Positions 25,607 to 40,253 of a DNA stretch of 64,000 nucleotides are shown one piece after another. Source of the stretch: Pelomyxa schiedti (taxonomy: Eukaryota; Protista; Evosea); assembly GCA_020536535.1 (NCBI GenBank), contig JAHLWZ010000847.1, positions 13,298 through 77,297 on the forward strand, given 5' to 3'. The notes below the pieces were generated by a model. The model had not been told where the DNA came from, did not search any database, and worked only from the letters and a program-made list of their open reading frames with translations. Within the stretch, counting starts at the first letter, position 1; each line of letters starts with the position of its first letter. Both the position numbers and the translations under genes were made by a program.

Positions 25607-28600
25607 TTATTCTGAATTTGACAAAATTTTCTCCAACTCCTGTGCCACAACACTGAAATCTGGGTTTTTTTTTTTTTGTGTTTTTGCAGTGTAAGTGGTG
25701 ACAAATAGGAAGAAAAAGAAGAACCTGGCCTTTGCTCAGGGTCCTGTGCCCAGCACGAGGAAATCAAAGTAGACAGTTCCTCAGGAAAGTCAGAGGGGAA
25801 TTCTTTGCGCTTGGGAAGAATCAGAAAGTAGAAATTACAAGGGGAATGAGAAACCTTTCCGGAGGTGACGAATTCTATAATTTCTGTGATGGAATAAGGA
25901 GTGCATTTATTGGGAATGTGAAAAAAGAGAAGAGGAAGCATACTCCAGGTTGACGGGAATGAGGAGGGGGGGTACGGGTCAGGATCAACGAGAAGGCAGT
26001 AGGCTAAAAGTGCAAAACTGTGTTTTCAATTTGTGAGTAGAGAGCAAATTTCTAGCCTAAGAGGAGAAACCTGTACACATCAGAGGGCTTACTGTAAGAC
26101 GCGTTGTTGAGTACTTCTGGGGCCATGAATGTGGGTGTCCCAACAGCAGCAGTCATGTTGGCACTTACAGTTTTTGAAGCAGACTTTGCCACATCACGGG
26201 TGGTACCAAAATCCGTGATTTTGCCACAAACATCGGAGTCCGGGTCTAAGGATGAGAGTAAGATATTGTCAGGCTTGAGGTCCCTGTGTATGATGCCACT
26301 CTACAGATCATGGTTAAGTCTGCGGGAATGGAAGGGTAAAGTACTTGGTGCAAGAAGTTCATTCCTCTGGCACAATCGACAAGAATTTTTACTTTTTGCT
26401 TTCCATACAATTTTTTATGTTTCATGACATGCCCTAAACTACCAAGGGTCATGAATTCCTGCAGAATTTTAGTAATGGAAAGAAGGTAGATGAACAACTG
26501 TCACTATGGAAAGCTGTTTCTTGAAATGTACAGCACCAATGAATTTAACTATCTGGATTGGTTTAGATTAATGGAGAAACTCGACTCGACAACCTGTGGG
26601 CAATGGAGGCTCTCCATTGTTCGCACCTAGAGAGGGGTTTTGTTGAAGTACAATAGCTTTTAGAATGCTAACCTCACTGCAAAATTCATTGTAAACTTCC
26701 ATGGAAATATCAGCACTTTTTAGAACCTGTGCCTGAGGTTTGTGCGGCAATGAAAACATCTTTAAAAAACCTTGACAGCTACATCCTGGCCACGCCATGT
26801 GCCTCTATATACAGTTCCAAACGACCCTGCCACCGTCAATGGATGAACTAAGAAAGAAGGAGAACCTTCGCCAACAGGTGGTTTCTGGAGGGTAATCTCC
26901 TCTGGATCTAAATGCGTCGACATTTTTGTCTCGACAACAAGAGGAATTTCGGTGTGCTGTATATCAATACGGCTATCAAAATTGGTTCCTTTCATTCATT
27001 TGAGAGAATTCCGTTGAGAAAATTCTACTACCACTGGCAGCTGCAAGAACAACAGAGGTGTCAAGCGCGGTTGTGCAGTGTACAACAAACTGGATTTTAA
27101 TATTTACAGTTTCTTTCTAGTTTAGGTGAGTACTTTAAAAATATGAACTACAGTACTTTGCGTAGAGTAGCTGTGCTCGGTTCAATGGCCAGCTTGTATT
27201 TATAAGACCTGATGGTCAATATATCATAATGTCATATTGTGATTGGGAGGATTACTTTGGCGGGAAGAATTTGTATGTCATTTTTTTCTTCCCTGCATTT
27301 ACAAGAGTGAAGGTTTGCGTATAGTCCTTTCCCACTGAGGCTTTGTGCCCGTGGAGTTCGAAGGCGAACTCTGAAATTGAACACTGCCCACAAAAATTAG
27401 ACGGGGGCAAAACTCTACAAAACCACATTTAATACGAAGTCAGCTAGCAGGAAATGTCTACAGCAAGTTAGGGGGACGAAGAGTTATGAGTTTCGTACTG
27501 AGAGCCTTCTGTTTCGAATTTTTCAGCAGGAGAATCATCATCGAGGAAGAGAGTGGATAATGCTTGTCCAGAAGGTTTTCTATGTTGTGAAAAAAAGGTT
27601 ATTTGATTTTAGACTTTTTATATATACCGCTTTTTCAGGTAAATTGCAGCAAGAATTGCTAAGCCAGCTAAAAGGCCAAAAAGCCCAACAGATATTCCAA
27701 TATACAAGCCATAATCAATACTATCGATATCTGGTTGGTATCAGTTTTGTCAAGTAAATTTGTTTGCTATACTAAAGTTGAAAGAAAGCTGCTCTGTCAA
27801 CTCGGCGCTATTTCCGTTGGTGTCCTTTGTGCAGCCCTCAATTAATGAGACCACACACATCATACTATCTCCCTTATCGTCGAAAATATCAAGGGAGTAG
27901 GTCTTGTTATCCAGATTCCATGGGTGGCAGTTGTTGACAGAACACCCGTCTGAGGTTTCAAAACAAGAGTCTTTTACACCTGTGACCAGTTCATCACATG
28001 TAAAGTTCACTGAAACAGATGGAGAATCTGATTGAGAGGCTCCCCCAGAAAACCAGCAAGTGGGTTTTTTCGTGTCATTGAAGTAAAAAAGGGAATAGGG
28101 CTTGGTATTTCTCACCCCATCCACAACTATCCTAACTGTGAGATTGTACCCCGAGCCTTTTTGCAGGGAGCATGATATGATTGAGTGATTTTGCACCATA
28201 TTCACGGGTTCGCATGCAATGGAATTATCAACTATGACTGTGATGCGGCTAGCAGTTGTCCCAAAGTTTGTACCTAATTTGATGTAACTCTCGAGTTGAT
28301 GTACAGGAAAGTAGCACCTGTTATGGTTGAAACACCACCATCATTTCCAACAGTAGTCATATCTTGAATTTCAGGGGCTGGAAGGTGTAAAATTGGGGTA
28401 TTTTGTATTGTAATTCTACCTGCATATGAAAACGTATTCAACGAAGCTGTAAGAGTGTTCTGGGATCTTGGTACATATACGTAGAGGATTGGAGACCCTG
28501 TGCCCTCAGGGGCATGGCATTGGATTTGAGTGTGGTCAACTGTGACTCGGGCACCCTGGCATTCAGAGTTTCCAATCTTTACTGCTACATCGGTACAACT

Positions 28601-31600
28601 CGGACCGAAATTTGTTCCAGATATGTTAATGAGCATCCCTGTTGTTGATGGTTGATTTGCCCAGGATACCGTAGGAGCTGTTTGTGGAAAATTTTTTAAT
28701 TCTAAGTCCATGGAGAATTCATGGAGAAACCTTGGTAAGTGAAAACATTGCTGCTACCTCTAGTAGGTGTTCCAGAGCAAGGAACTTCAACGGATACGTG
28801 AAGAGAAGGGCCAGCACCAACTGGTGCAATGCACTCAATGCGTGTATGATTTATCACCAACGCATTTGTGCAATTGCGTGCTATGGAGCATACATCTATT
28901 ACTGTCACACAGGCATCAGTACCAGTGGGACCAAAATTGGAGCCAGAGAGTGTTACAACTGTGCCACCAGATGTTGGGGGAGAAGGATAAACTGAATGAA
29001 TCTCTGGGTCTTTTTTTAAATAAAGCTGAGATGTAATTTAGGCAAAGATTTCGCTATACCTTTGTACCAAAAAACTTCTGCACTACCGGAAAGCCTGTGG
29101 TCTGAGTCATTATTATATACAGTTACAGTCACAGATTGGGAGGCACCAACACCCTCGGGAACAATGCACTGGATCTGAGTGTGGTTTTTGATAACTGTTG
29201 CATTCCGGCAGCTTTTCCCCCCAATTAAGACATCAACAGGAGTTCCCGCCTCACCAAAATTTGAACCAACTATATTCGTGACTATGTTGCCAGTGGTTGG
29301 AGTTGACTGGCCGTAAGAAACCTGTGGTGCTGAAGACAAGTTATTAGTTGCACTCACACGCAAATTATGCATACGGAGATATGAAAAGCTCCATGTATCA
29401 TTTTGTGAAAATGTGGCATTCTCAGAAAGTGCAGGGACATGAACAATAAGATCATACCCCTTCCCCACCCCAACTGGTGGATAGCACGTTATACAAGTCT
29501 CAGAAATTACAACGCTACTGCATTCTTGCCCCTTCACCATAACTGAGGCACTTGTACCAAAATTGGTTCCATAAATTTGTGTTGTTGTTGTTCCATCGGT
29601 GCTTGCCATTGTAACAGCAGCTATTTTTGGTGCTTGATGTAATGTTAAACAAGAAATTTCTGTGTGAATGGAAACCTGAATAATGCCAGAAATATGTATT
29701 GCTCATCTGTCCAGAAGAGTTGACCTGAGCTGAATGGAGACCCTCACTATGCCCAACTTTCAGAACGATGCAAGTAGAGTTGTAGATGTAAGAAACTCGA
29801 GAAGTGAAGTTATCCAAAATAACAAACACAGGTCTGGTGCCACCTGGCCCAAAGTTTGATCCCTACACCAGACGTCAAACACTTTCTTGAACTGAGCAGG
29901 AATACCCAAATGATGAGCGGAGAGCCTGCTGCTGTTGAGGGTTCATTTGTAAACTCAATTGCAGGACCTTCACAGTGTCAATGCAAGCATTGCGTTATCT
30001 CGAACTCTCACCTGAATAACTGAAGCCATAGAAACTGGCACATGTCCCATTTGTTTGGGGAACACATACCTCTAATAGAAGTCCTGCACCATACCCGGGT
30101 TCAACATCACAGGAGATTACAGTATCAGCCACAGTCACAATAGCATTTTTACATAAAACACCGCCAATAGTCACCATGGCAGGTGAATTAGCAGGCCCAA
30201 AATTGGTGCCACTAATGTACGTTTTACCTCCAGAGGTAGCCACTTTTGAGGAATTAACGATGGTAGGACCTGGAAAAAAGTGAATAAACTTTCAAATGAC
30301 CAGTAGCTACCTTCATAGCAGAATACAGGAAAACTTTGAGGGGGGCCAGATAAGTGGACAATTACTGGTAGATGACACCCACAACCAGGAGGTGAAATAC
30401 AAGTAACTTCAGTGTGAGCTACAGAAACAAAAGGATCCGTGCAATTCGTGGAGCCAATTTCCACGTACAGGGAAGTGTTAAGAGGTCCAAAATTGGACCC
30501 CTGCAGTTTGGTAAGTCCACCCTCCGTTATAGTTGGAGTTGCACTAAGTACAATGGGTCCTATATAATGATGAGTGCTGTATCGAGTGGAATACATAAAA
30601 ACCTGCATAGGAGAAATTGGATGATACTGCCATTTGGGTGTGCGTAGAATTGCATGGAATATACAAAGTTACTTCAATACCGTCACCGTAACCGGCAGGC
30701 GGGCTGCAAGTTATTTTTGTGCCTTCTGTGGACACAAAGGCACTTTCACAAGCGCAGATATCATTCTGGCAAGTTGCGTGGCCATGAGTGCCTGTGCCAG
30801 CTAGAGTAATACAGACACTTGAAGAGATAGGTCCGAAGTTTTCCCCCTGTGTGACCAATGGTGACTTTCCATCAGTGCTCACGCTGCTAAAAGAACGAAT
30901 AACAGGTTCTAGGACAAGGTCACAAAAAAAATAAGAGCGACTCTAAGCTTACTTTGGTAGCTAAAAGTGAACCAATTGCTGACTTGACCATCAATAGAAA
31001 CTTGAATGGTCCAGTTACTTCCAACTCCTGGTGGAAACGTGCACATTAACGTGTTGTCACTTGTCCAGTGTGCCATCACCCATGAGTCACCATCAAACGT
31101 CGAAAGTATGGGATAGTGGCCATCAGGTCCAGGTCCAAAATGGATTCCATACTATTGAGTTTAGTGGCAACAAAGTTTATACTATAGTAAGTACCAGTAT
31201 AAATTGACCTCCAGAAGTAGCAACATCATTGATAGCTTTGATCATAGGAGCTAGATTTGATTGTTATTGAGGTGAAAGATTTACCAAAACAACCTGGAAA
31301 GGAGAAGTCACTTGAGAAGACAGGTCTTGATGATCCTCGAGGTACCCACAATGTTATATTCTTATGTGTTCCCACACCGACAGGAGGACTGCAGGTTATT
31401 TGCATATGTGGTACTACAAGTACTGCAGTTTGGCACTCCTGTCCGTCGATTTCAACATAAATACTGGTTCCTGTTGGCCCAAAATTGGTTCCGTAGATGT
31501 TCACTTCGTTGGTGCTCTCAGAGTAATTGGAAAAGGTGAGGGCAGGTGCTGGATTTTTTTTTTTTTAAAAAACAAAGACACTTGTTTGCATACCATTATA

Positions 31601-34600
31601 GGAAAAGTCCGAAACAGATGACACAACAGTGTACCCAGGGCAGCCAATTTCCAGCCTAAGAGGATTGTCACATCCAACTCCAGGTGGAACAACAACAAGG
31701 GCCAAACTACTGCTGATGATAGTTGTATTACATGGGAGGTCATCAATGTATGTAAGCCCAACTGTGCCTGATGGACCAAAATTTGTTCCCACAATAGTTG
31801 AATATCCACCACTTGTATCAACCGAACTAGAATTCAACAATAGGGGGGCTGAAGACAAGAGTCAGATAAGTTCAAGTCTGGGAGAATGTGACCTGCAAAT
31901 GAGAAGTTAGGGAAGTATCCTATCTGAGTCTGAGAGCTATCTATTGGAACAAACAATTCTATCTCAACATCACTTCCTGTGGCAGGTGGGGTATAACAGG
32001 TTATTTTAGTGTGTGGTATTATGACTGTTGCATTTGTGCACTCAATTTCTGTCTTGAAGCCACAGTCATTACCGAAAACTGACATGAAAATTGCAGTCTG
32101 TGTATCTTTGGGACCAAAATTGTACCCCAATATAACAGTTAACTCATTCTCCCTGCTCGCGGATGTAATAATTGGAGCTATTTTTCATAAGCATCATGCT
32201 CTAGAAAGGAAAAAAAAAACCTTGGTAGGAAAACAGAAATGGAAGGCTGTGCTGCCCACTAACAGCGATAACGAGAGAGTGATTTCTACCAGAGAGTGCA
32301 GGGAAAAAGCATGATACAGCAGTGCTATTAATGCAGTATGTGATTTGAGGGATGCCATCGACAATACATTGTTCAGGATAAAAAGAACCGACAGCGAAAT
32401 AGTGACCCTAATCCTTGTGAATAAATCTATAACCCTCAGGAAATAAGTCTTACAGTGATAACATAGAAGCCACCAGTAGTTGAAATTTGGGGAACATAAG
32501 CAATCTCAGGTGCTAGGAGGGAATTAGTCTTAATTGGAATTAGGGAGGAGAACCAAAATATGAGAAAACAGGTGAGCTGCCGCATTGTTGTGTGCTTGGT
32601 GGAGCACAAACTTCAACCGTAAGGTTTGCTCCAGCAGAGATATTTGTGTAACAACTGACAGATGTATGATTTACTACAACTGATGCATTTGAGCAATCTG
32701 TTCCATTTATTGTCACAGAAACACGAGAGCCAATGGGCCCAAAGTTGGAGCCTCCAACAGTCACCTTCTTGGGGTTTTCCAGTTCTGTGTCAGACTTGGA
32801 ATCAATGTTTGCTGAAAGTACAACTGGCTCTGGTGTTTTGGTTATTTTTGTTTAGAGTATGGTTGGGATGCATACTGTTGTACGAAAAAATAGGATAGAT
32901 ATCGGATTTAATGCCTGCTACTTGCACCATAACATCAAGCAAAGACCCGTACCCAGGAGGAGATAAGCAAGTAATTTGGATGTGTGATGATTCCAAGTTG
33001 GTGGTTGGGGAGGTGCAGACTCGGTTCTCAATTGTCACAAAAAGTGGTGTTCCTAGAGGTCCAAAGTTGCTTCCATGTATGGTGGTAAAATTACCAGGAG
33101 TATTTGTTGAGGAGATGTTGAATATAACTGGCTCTAGAAATGTGTCATTGAAAAAAAAAAAAATTGAGAAGGCAGTACTGGAAAAACTGAAGGCTTCGAA
33201 TACCCCAGATTGATTATGAGAACCAAGTGGTAGTATAACTATTACAGTGTTGTTACTGCCAGCCCCAGCGGGGGGGAAACAAGTGATTTGGGTATGTGGT
33301 ATTGTAACCGTAGCACTTTTACATTCGCAGTTCACACAAGGTATGTTATCTCCAGTGATTGTCACAAGAAGGTTACTTTCTGTACCAAAGTTGGTGCCAT
33401 TAATAACCACTTTTTCCGATGCATCTGTTTTCACTGAGGATGTACTAGTAATTGATGGCGCTAGATTTCTGTTAGAATGAAAGAGGATCCCGGTAAGGAA
33501 AACCAGAAAATCTGAATTCCGACATGGCACTAATTTGATCTGCAACATTGACCATTAAAGGCAGGTGCGCACCCACACCAGGGGTGAAGTTGGCCAAAAT
33601 CTCTGTGTGGCTCACCCATTGTGAAGGAACCCAGGCAGTATCCACAAGAGTTTTTAAAACGTAACTGCCACCTGGTCCAAAGTTTTGTCCCTGTTTTTCT
33701 TGTTAATTTACCTTCCCAAAAGGATCAAAAAAAAAAAAAAAAACCATTATTATGTGCTGCAGGCTTCCTGCAGTTGGTACAGGATCAGTACCAATAATTA
33801 CAGGGGCTGTGATTTTTGAGTGGGGAGTGAAAAATTCAAAAGGGGAAACCTTTGTAGTGAAATATCATTGCCTCTGTTAACTGGTTTCCAACACGGAGTT
33901 TGACAGGGAGATTTGCACCAACACCGGGAGTAACTTGGCATTGAACTGAAGTGTGAGGCGTCACAAATTGAACGTTGTCACAAGCTTTGCTGTTGACAGA
34001 GAGGAAAATTGACTCAACACTGTCTCCGAAGTTCGTGCCATTGATGGTTATGCCTCCCCCAGTGGTTGAAACATCACTCACTGCCTTTATTGTTGGGGCT
34101 TTTAATAGTTAGACAAATAACTCACAGGGGCCGCCTGACCTGCATAGGAAAAAATGTAAGCCATACCCTGCTGCCAGGTCGATGTGCCATACAGTACTTT
34201 GACAATAACAAGGAGGGAGGCACCAACACCAGCTTGAGCAGAGCACTTAATTCTGGAATGAGGAATATCTACTTGTGCACTATCACATATGTGACCATCA
34301 ATAGTTACTGAAAGTGTAGCCCCTGTGTACCCCATGTTTTCACCATAAATATAAATTTCGCCTCCCTTTGTTGTTGTTGTGCTGGCATTATACAAAATTG
34401 GTGCTGTAAGAGCGTAAGTACTATAACAAAAAAGAAAAACTACAAGGTATAGACATGTTCAGGAATTCAATGGTCTGAGAATGTGTACTCGAGGCAGGAA
34501 CGGTCAACTGTAGATAATTGACTGGCTGACTTGGTGTTGCGTAAAGACACTGGATTTCGGTACAGTTCACTGTAACTTGGGGACTATTGCATGACTTGTT

Positions 34601-37600
34601 TGTATTTGTTGTGACAGTGACTACAGTTCCCTCAGGCCCAAAATTAGTCCCTGTTATCCTTAACTTGACATTCCCGTGCTCATCAGTAAAGGTACCAATA
34701 GCCACAATTGTGGGTACTGCAATGAATGTAACTTGTAGTATATGGTACCTTTACTTGTACCTGAATATGAGAAGGCATCATCACTCTGCACTGTATAACC
34801 CGGAATGGAAATCCTTACTGGGTATAATCGACCAACTCCAACAGCTGGGACACAGGAGATCACACGGTGTGCAGATGAAACAGAGGAATTTCTGCATGGT
34901 GCATTCCTTACAGACACATTCACTGGAGTGCCGATGGGGCCAAAGTTTGTACCATACACATGGATTATAGATTCTGTGCAGCAATTGGCTGTACTTACAA
35001 GACTAATAACAGGTGCTAAACCAAGTTATTACTCAATTTTTATTTCGAAGATAACCTTGGTAAGAGAATCCTTTGTATGTCACAGTTTGGTTTTGCCGAG
35101 TTGCATAGATTCTGAGTTGTAGAGTCAAGTTAACTCCTACTCCTTCTGGAGGTTTGAAGCAAATTCGTGTGTCTGAGGCAGAAGTGGTAGTAGTCCAAGT
35201 GGAGGTGCCAATTTTAACTTCAGAGTGCGTGCCACTAGGCCCCAAATTTGTACCAAAAATGCAAGCTTCTGTTGACTGGTCAGTATTTGCTGAACTCACC
35301 GTCTCAATTTGTGGATCTGCCATATTATGGTTAAAAAGGACACATCTGGGAGAGCACACATTTGTATGAAAAGAGGTACTCCTTTGATTTTTGTCCAGCA
35401 ACGTTGACAGAAATTGTGTGATTCAAACCACTACCACTGGGAATGGGGCACTCTACAAAATTTTCGTTGAGCCATGAAGTCTTCACCCAAGAAGAGTTCC
35501 CATCAATGGAGGCAAGAATAGTTGCGGAGCTGTCAGGTCCAAAGTTAGAACCCTATGCTTGTTCAATCAAGGGTTTTTTATAAGAAGTGGACCTTTATCC
35601 TGAAAGAAGTGCTGCCAGTGGTTGGTACATATTCCATTTGAATAATTTGAGGAGCTATAACATGCACTTTAGCTTTAGTTTGACATATCTATTGTTTGTT
35701 AAAACCTGCGTAACTGAATACGGAGGCGGAAGCATTTTGACTTCCAAAAACGGGTACATAAACTTCAACAAGTTGGTTTGTTCCTGTTGATACTTGTCAC
35801 TATGACCAGATGAAAAAAAAACTACAAACCAATTCCATCAGGAGTGACACATTTTAGGCTCGTATGAGATAGAACAGTAACATTTACACATTCCCTCCCA
35901 GCAATGAATGCTGTGACAGAAGTCCCTGGTGGACCAAAATTCATACCAGAAATAGAGGTAAAAGTGTGAGGATCAGAACTTGTTGCGGATAACACAGCGG
36001 GAGCTATTCTTTGTCATCAATTGACCTCCAATGGGGAAGAAATGAAAAAGGATGCACACGGTTATAGGAGAAGATGTAATCACATGTAGTCTGTCCAGTG
36101 GAAGAGCGCGGAATGGTCACACATAACAGCAGCTGTGAACCAGCACCAGGCGGTGCCAAACAGGTAATTTGGTTGTGATTTACAGATTGAGCATTTATGC
36201 AAGTCTTGTTCCCAATAGAAACCGATGCAAGGGTGCCAGGAGGTCCAAAATTAGTGCCACTGATAGTAATTGTAATATTTCCAGTGGTGTTGCACCTTGT
36301 TGATGTCCCAATTGTTGGCTCTGTAAGAATGATGAAAGGGAAATTTTTTACTAGGGCGTTATCTACCGTCATAGTCTATAACGGAAGTAGCAATCACAGT
36401 CCCTGATGCCAGCTTCACTGTAAGTGTATTGTTTTTGCCTACACCCATGGGCGCACTGCATTGAATTTCTTCTTGGCTGATAACTTCGGCATCAGAGCAG
36501 TTGAGAGCCCCAATGTAAACGGAAACTGATGAATTTTTTGCCCCAAAACCTTTCCCAGTTATGTTGATACGCCCACCACTTGAAGGGGGGCTGGTTGTTT
36601 TCACAATAATCGGATCTGGCAGAAAGTGAATAAAGCAACAGTTGGTGGCAGGAACACACTATCGTAGGAAAAATAGGTCACAGCACTGTTATTGGTAGAG
36701 GGTAGCACTACAATCACGACTTTGATGTTTTGGCCAACTCCAGGCTTTGGGGTACACGATATTTGTGTATGTTCAACAATTACATGGGCATTTGAACACT
36801 CTTCTCCTCCAATTGTAACATTAATCGGAGTTGAGAAAAACCCAAAATTACGGCCTTGTATGATTGTGTTTGCCTGATAGTTTAAAGGAGATGCTGAGTA
36901 TGCTACAGGGCCTATTGCTCATCAGAAAAGAGTTTGATTGATTGAATTATAAAACCAGAAAAGCAGAATTTATCCCATTTAAGGGTTGAACCAGAAATGG
37001 AAACATTCATAGTCAAGTTAACTCCTATACCCACAGGGAAACATCTAATCTGTGTGTTTGCGACTGTAATTCGGGCATTCCTACAGTCGTTTCCAGCAAT
37101 AGAAACTGTGACAGGAGTTCCAATAGCACCGAAATTCTGGCCAGTAATAATAGTTTCCGTACTTCCATCAGTGTCAGCTGAAGTAGTATTCAAGATAGCA
37201 GGCACTACGTTCTGTAAATCGTGGAACTATTGAGAAGTTTGCGACCTGAAAAGCTAATATGAAATTGGGGACTGGTTAACCCCCCCACAGAAACTGTGAT
37301 AGTGTGATTTCCTGAGCCCACCAGTAGGGCTGCCTTCACTGAAGTGTATGACTCCCAGATTGACGGCACTTCCGTCCCATCCAATCGTACAACAAGTGTT
37401 GTTGTAGCAGTGCCGAAATTGTATCCCTACTTTTAGTGGGTAGATGAAAACTTGTCCTGTAATCACACATGAATTGTGCAGTTACTACATCCCTCAGGAA
37501 GCAAGCCATCAATTGAGGAAATATTTGGGCCTAGAACAAATTGTAACATTGGAAATTTAGAGAAGTGTCTGTCTACCTAAATAGGTGAATGTGTTGGAGC

Positions 37601-39971
37601 AATATGTGGCAATGCAGACTTCTACAGCTGATCCACCTCCTGGTGGTGCAGAGCATTGCACGAGTGAAGAATTTATCACAGAAGGGTAACCAGCTGAAGC
37701 TCCTCCTATGGTGACCAGGAGCGAACTTGTTTGGCACAAATCTGTTCCTATGAGATAAACCAGTTCTCCTACTGAGTTTGGCTTTGGAATATTACTTGTA
37801 ATTGCTGGAGCTATTTTTTATGGTTGGAAAGAGTAAGAATGGAAGAGCGTACAGGTGTATGAAAAAACATTTGCCACGGGACTACTCTGGTCCCCACCTG
37901 TACGAACTGTCACTTGGACTGGTAAATTTACACCAAGGCCCACTGGGGGATTGCACGTAATCTGATTGTAGTTGTGGACTGAAACATTTGCACAGGGAAA
38001 TGAATTCACAGAAACTTCAATTGATGTGTTGAATTTTCCAAACCACATGCCATTAATTGTAGTGTTACGACTAGAACAAGAATTGGATAGTGTAGCACTC
38101 TGGATTGTAGGAGCTAGTTGAGGTTAACATTTTTCACAGAAAGGTGCCAGCATACGAGGATAGTTAATATTAGAGCATGCTGTTATATTACTTCCACTGG
38201 GAATCTCCACACATAAAAGTTGTGACAGACCACAGCCATCAAGTGGAGGTGTGCAAGTAATTGATGTATGAGACTTCGTACATTTAGTACAAGGTGCTCC
38301 TGCTATAGAAACACTCCCTGCTATCGAGCTTGGTCCAAAATTTGCGCCAGTGATGTCTAGCCTTGGTGGATCAGCAATTATCTTGGCTGTTGAAATACTT
38401 GGCGCTTTGCTTTAATGAGTTTGTTTTCCAAAAGGAAAGATAAAAACCTTCATAGTTGAAGATATCTGCATAGCCCCAGTCAGACTGGTTATTACAAGGC
38501 CCCACACTTACTCGCAACTGGGACCCAGCACCTGGTCGTGGGTAACAGGTTACAGCTTGTTGATCAATTGTCTGGGGTGAATCGCATATAGTGCCATTGA
38601 TCCTCACACATAAATTTGTATCTGGTGGACCAAAACCATCACCAGCTATATAAAGCATGGTACCACCTTGTGTTGGAATGGTAGGGGAAACACTTTGTAT
38701 GGTTGGGGCAGAAAATCGGTACACTGTTGAGGTGTTACTTGAGACTCCTTTGCATACGATTGACATATTGTATATTACACCTGGACTTCCCTCCTATGGA
38801 AAGTTAATGTAGCACCAAGGGTAAAGGGAATGAACCCCAAGCTGACAGGTCAGCACGTGCTTTCCATCTCCCGTGTTAATACTGCCGCAACTAATGTCTC
38901 CAACAGACACAGAGTCACAAGGCGGTAGCCAATTCCCACTAATTCTGAGTTGACCTCCACTTGCCTTAGTGGTATTCAAGACAGACAGTATCTCCGGTTC
39001 TTCATAAATTGGTATGCTATGGAAAAAAGCAAGAACAAACCACAGATTCCTTGATCACACCAACTAGAGTAATTCTGAGCAATAAAGAGGTTGTCCAGTG
39101 GCACACTGACAAATGTGGTGCTGCCAACCTCAGCCCAAAGTAACCAAATTTCTTCTGAAGTACCTGAGCAGGATGTGGACATGTTCAAGGAAAAGAAGTA
39201 ATATTTATAAGCACTGAAGTAAATAGGAGGAAAAGTAAGAGTTTGGTTTTCCCCCGTGCTGGCACGACAAGGATAAGACACTAATTAAGGAATGAGACCT
39301 TTGTACTTTCACAAAGAAATTCTCACCACTGTCTGGCCCAAGGACATAAGTTCTGTTGTCAGTTACCAGAAGCGCCCGCATGTCAAGGTGGCCTTTCACT
39401 TTGAATTGGAGCGTTTTCAAAGCAGATCCACTTGTGAGCTGCGAGAAGCAAGTAAGCTTTACAGGCATACAGCCGAGGGAAGAAAATACCTTGATTGCCC
39501 CACGCACTTCATAGCAGTAGAGTGCAGAAGATGTGAGGGGCTGGTCCAGTGGTGTGTGAAAACTGGATTTTTTTTTTTTTTGACACATCAATAAAAAGGA
39601 AGAAAATCCACCGAAAACAAGACAAAAAAAAAAAAAAAAAAAATTGCACACCACCACTCTGACACAGCGCCATCGGCTGGGTTGAAAGTGCACCTTGCGC
39701 TGGTGCAGGCTTGCTCCCGCAGCCCGTACCCATACTGTCCAATGGCCGAGTCGCACGTAAGCGCAGCGGCGCCCCCGGCCAAAACCACAACCATCATCAA
39801 CACCAACACCAACGGCAACGGCAACGACGCCACCACTGACGCTCTCGTGGCCGCCGCCTCCGCCACCAACCGCACCGAGGGCCGCCGCGGCCCACGTGCA
39901 GCGCCGACGAAACCAAAAACGGGCGAGGCGACACCGCCACCTCGCAATTGTGGGTACTTGTGCGCTGCCAT
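25607..39971 (-). CDS. Giant receptor kinase A: signal peptide, PA14-like tip, 35 IPT/TIG repeats, bacterial-Ig-like domain, TM, TMK juxtamembrane domain, TKL kinase
   Basis: ATG 39971 with hydrophobic LPLVLVLMMVVVLAGGAAA; repeats AP.I......T.GG....I.G.NFG....C....H..I.C..P.G.G....FSY; TM about 27655-27735; ETKMSTHLDPEEI, GEGSFGTVY, VAVK, HRDLKPDN, DFG, APE; TAA 25607-25609. Confidence 0.9.
28080..39000 (-). repeat. Array of 35 IPT/TIG domains in kinase A (about 310-bp exon+intron period)
   Basis: Manual count of GxNFG-type repeats, nearly all bounded by phase-1 introns (FSYx|xP). Repeats are diverged and not identical at DNA level. Confidence 0.8.
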
Positions 39972-40253
39972 ACAAAAATTGAGGCTGGGCCTCTGCTGAC
40001 GATATATTATGTCCCAACGAGTGGTTCGATGGTTTGTTTGTTTGGACTAATTTATTTGGAATTCGGTTGCCCCATCTGAATTGCCAGTTCGTTCCTGCTC
40101 TCTGAAGTTTGGCGCTGAGAGTGGCACTCGCACCATAACCGGAAGTCCGAGTCTTCTGCGCAGAACGTCAGCGACAAAAATAGCCTCGCGTGGCTACAAC
40201 AGCAAACCAACGAATTGTTTCGAACAAACAAACAACCAAAATTTGTGGCAACA
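39972..40253. promoter_or_regulatory. Putative bidirectional promoter shared by the two receptor kinase genes
   Basis: Only 282 bp between the divergent ATGs; CpG-rich; an (AAAC)3 tract faces each gene (40031-40045 on -, 40223-40240 on +). Confidence 0.6.
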
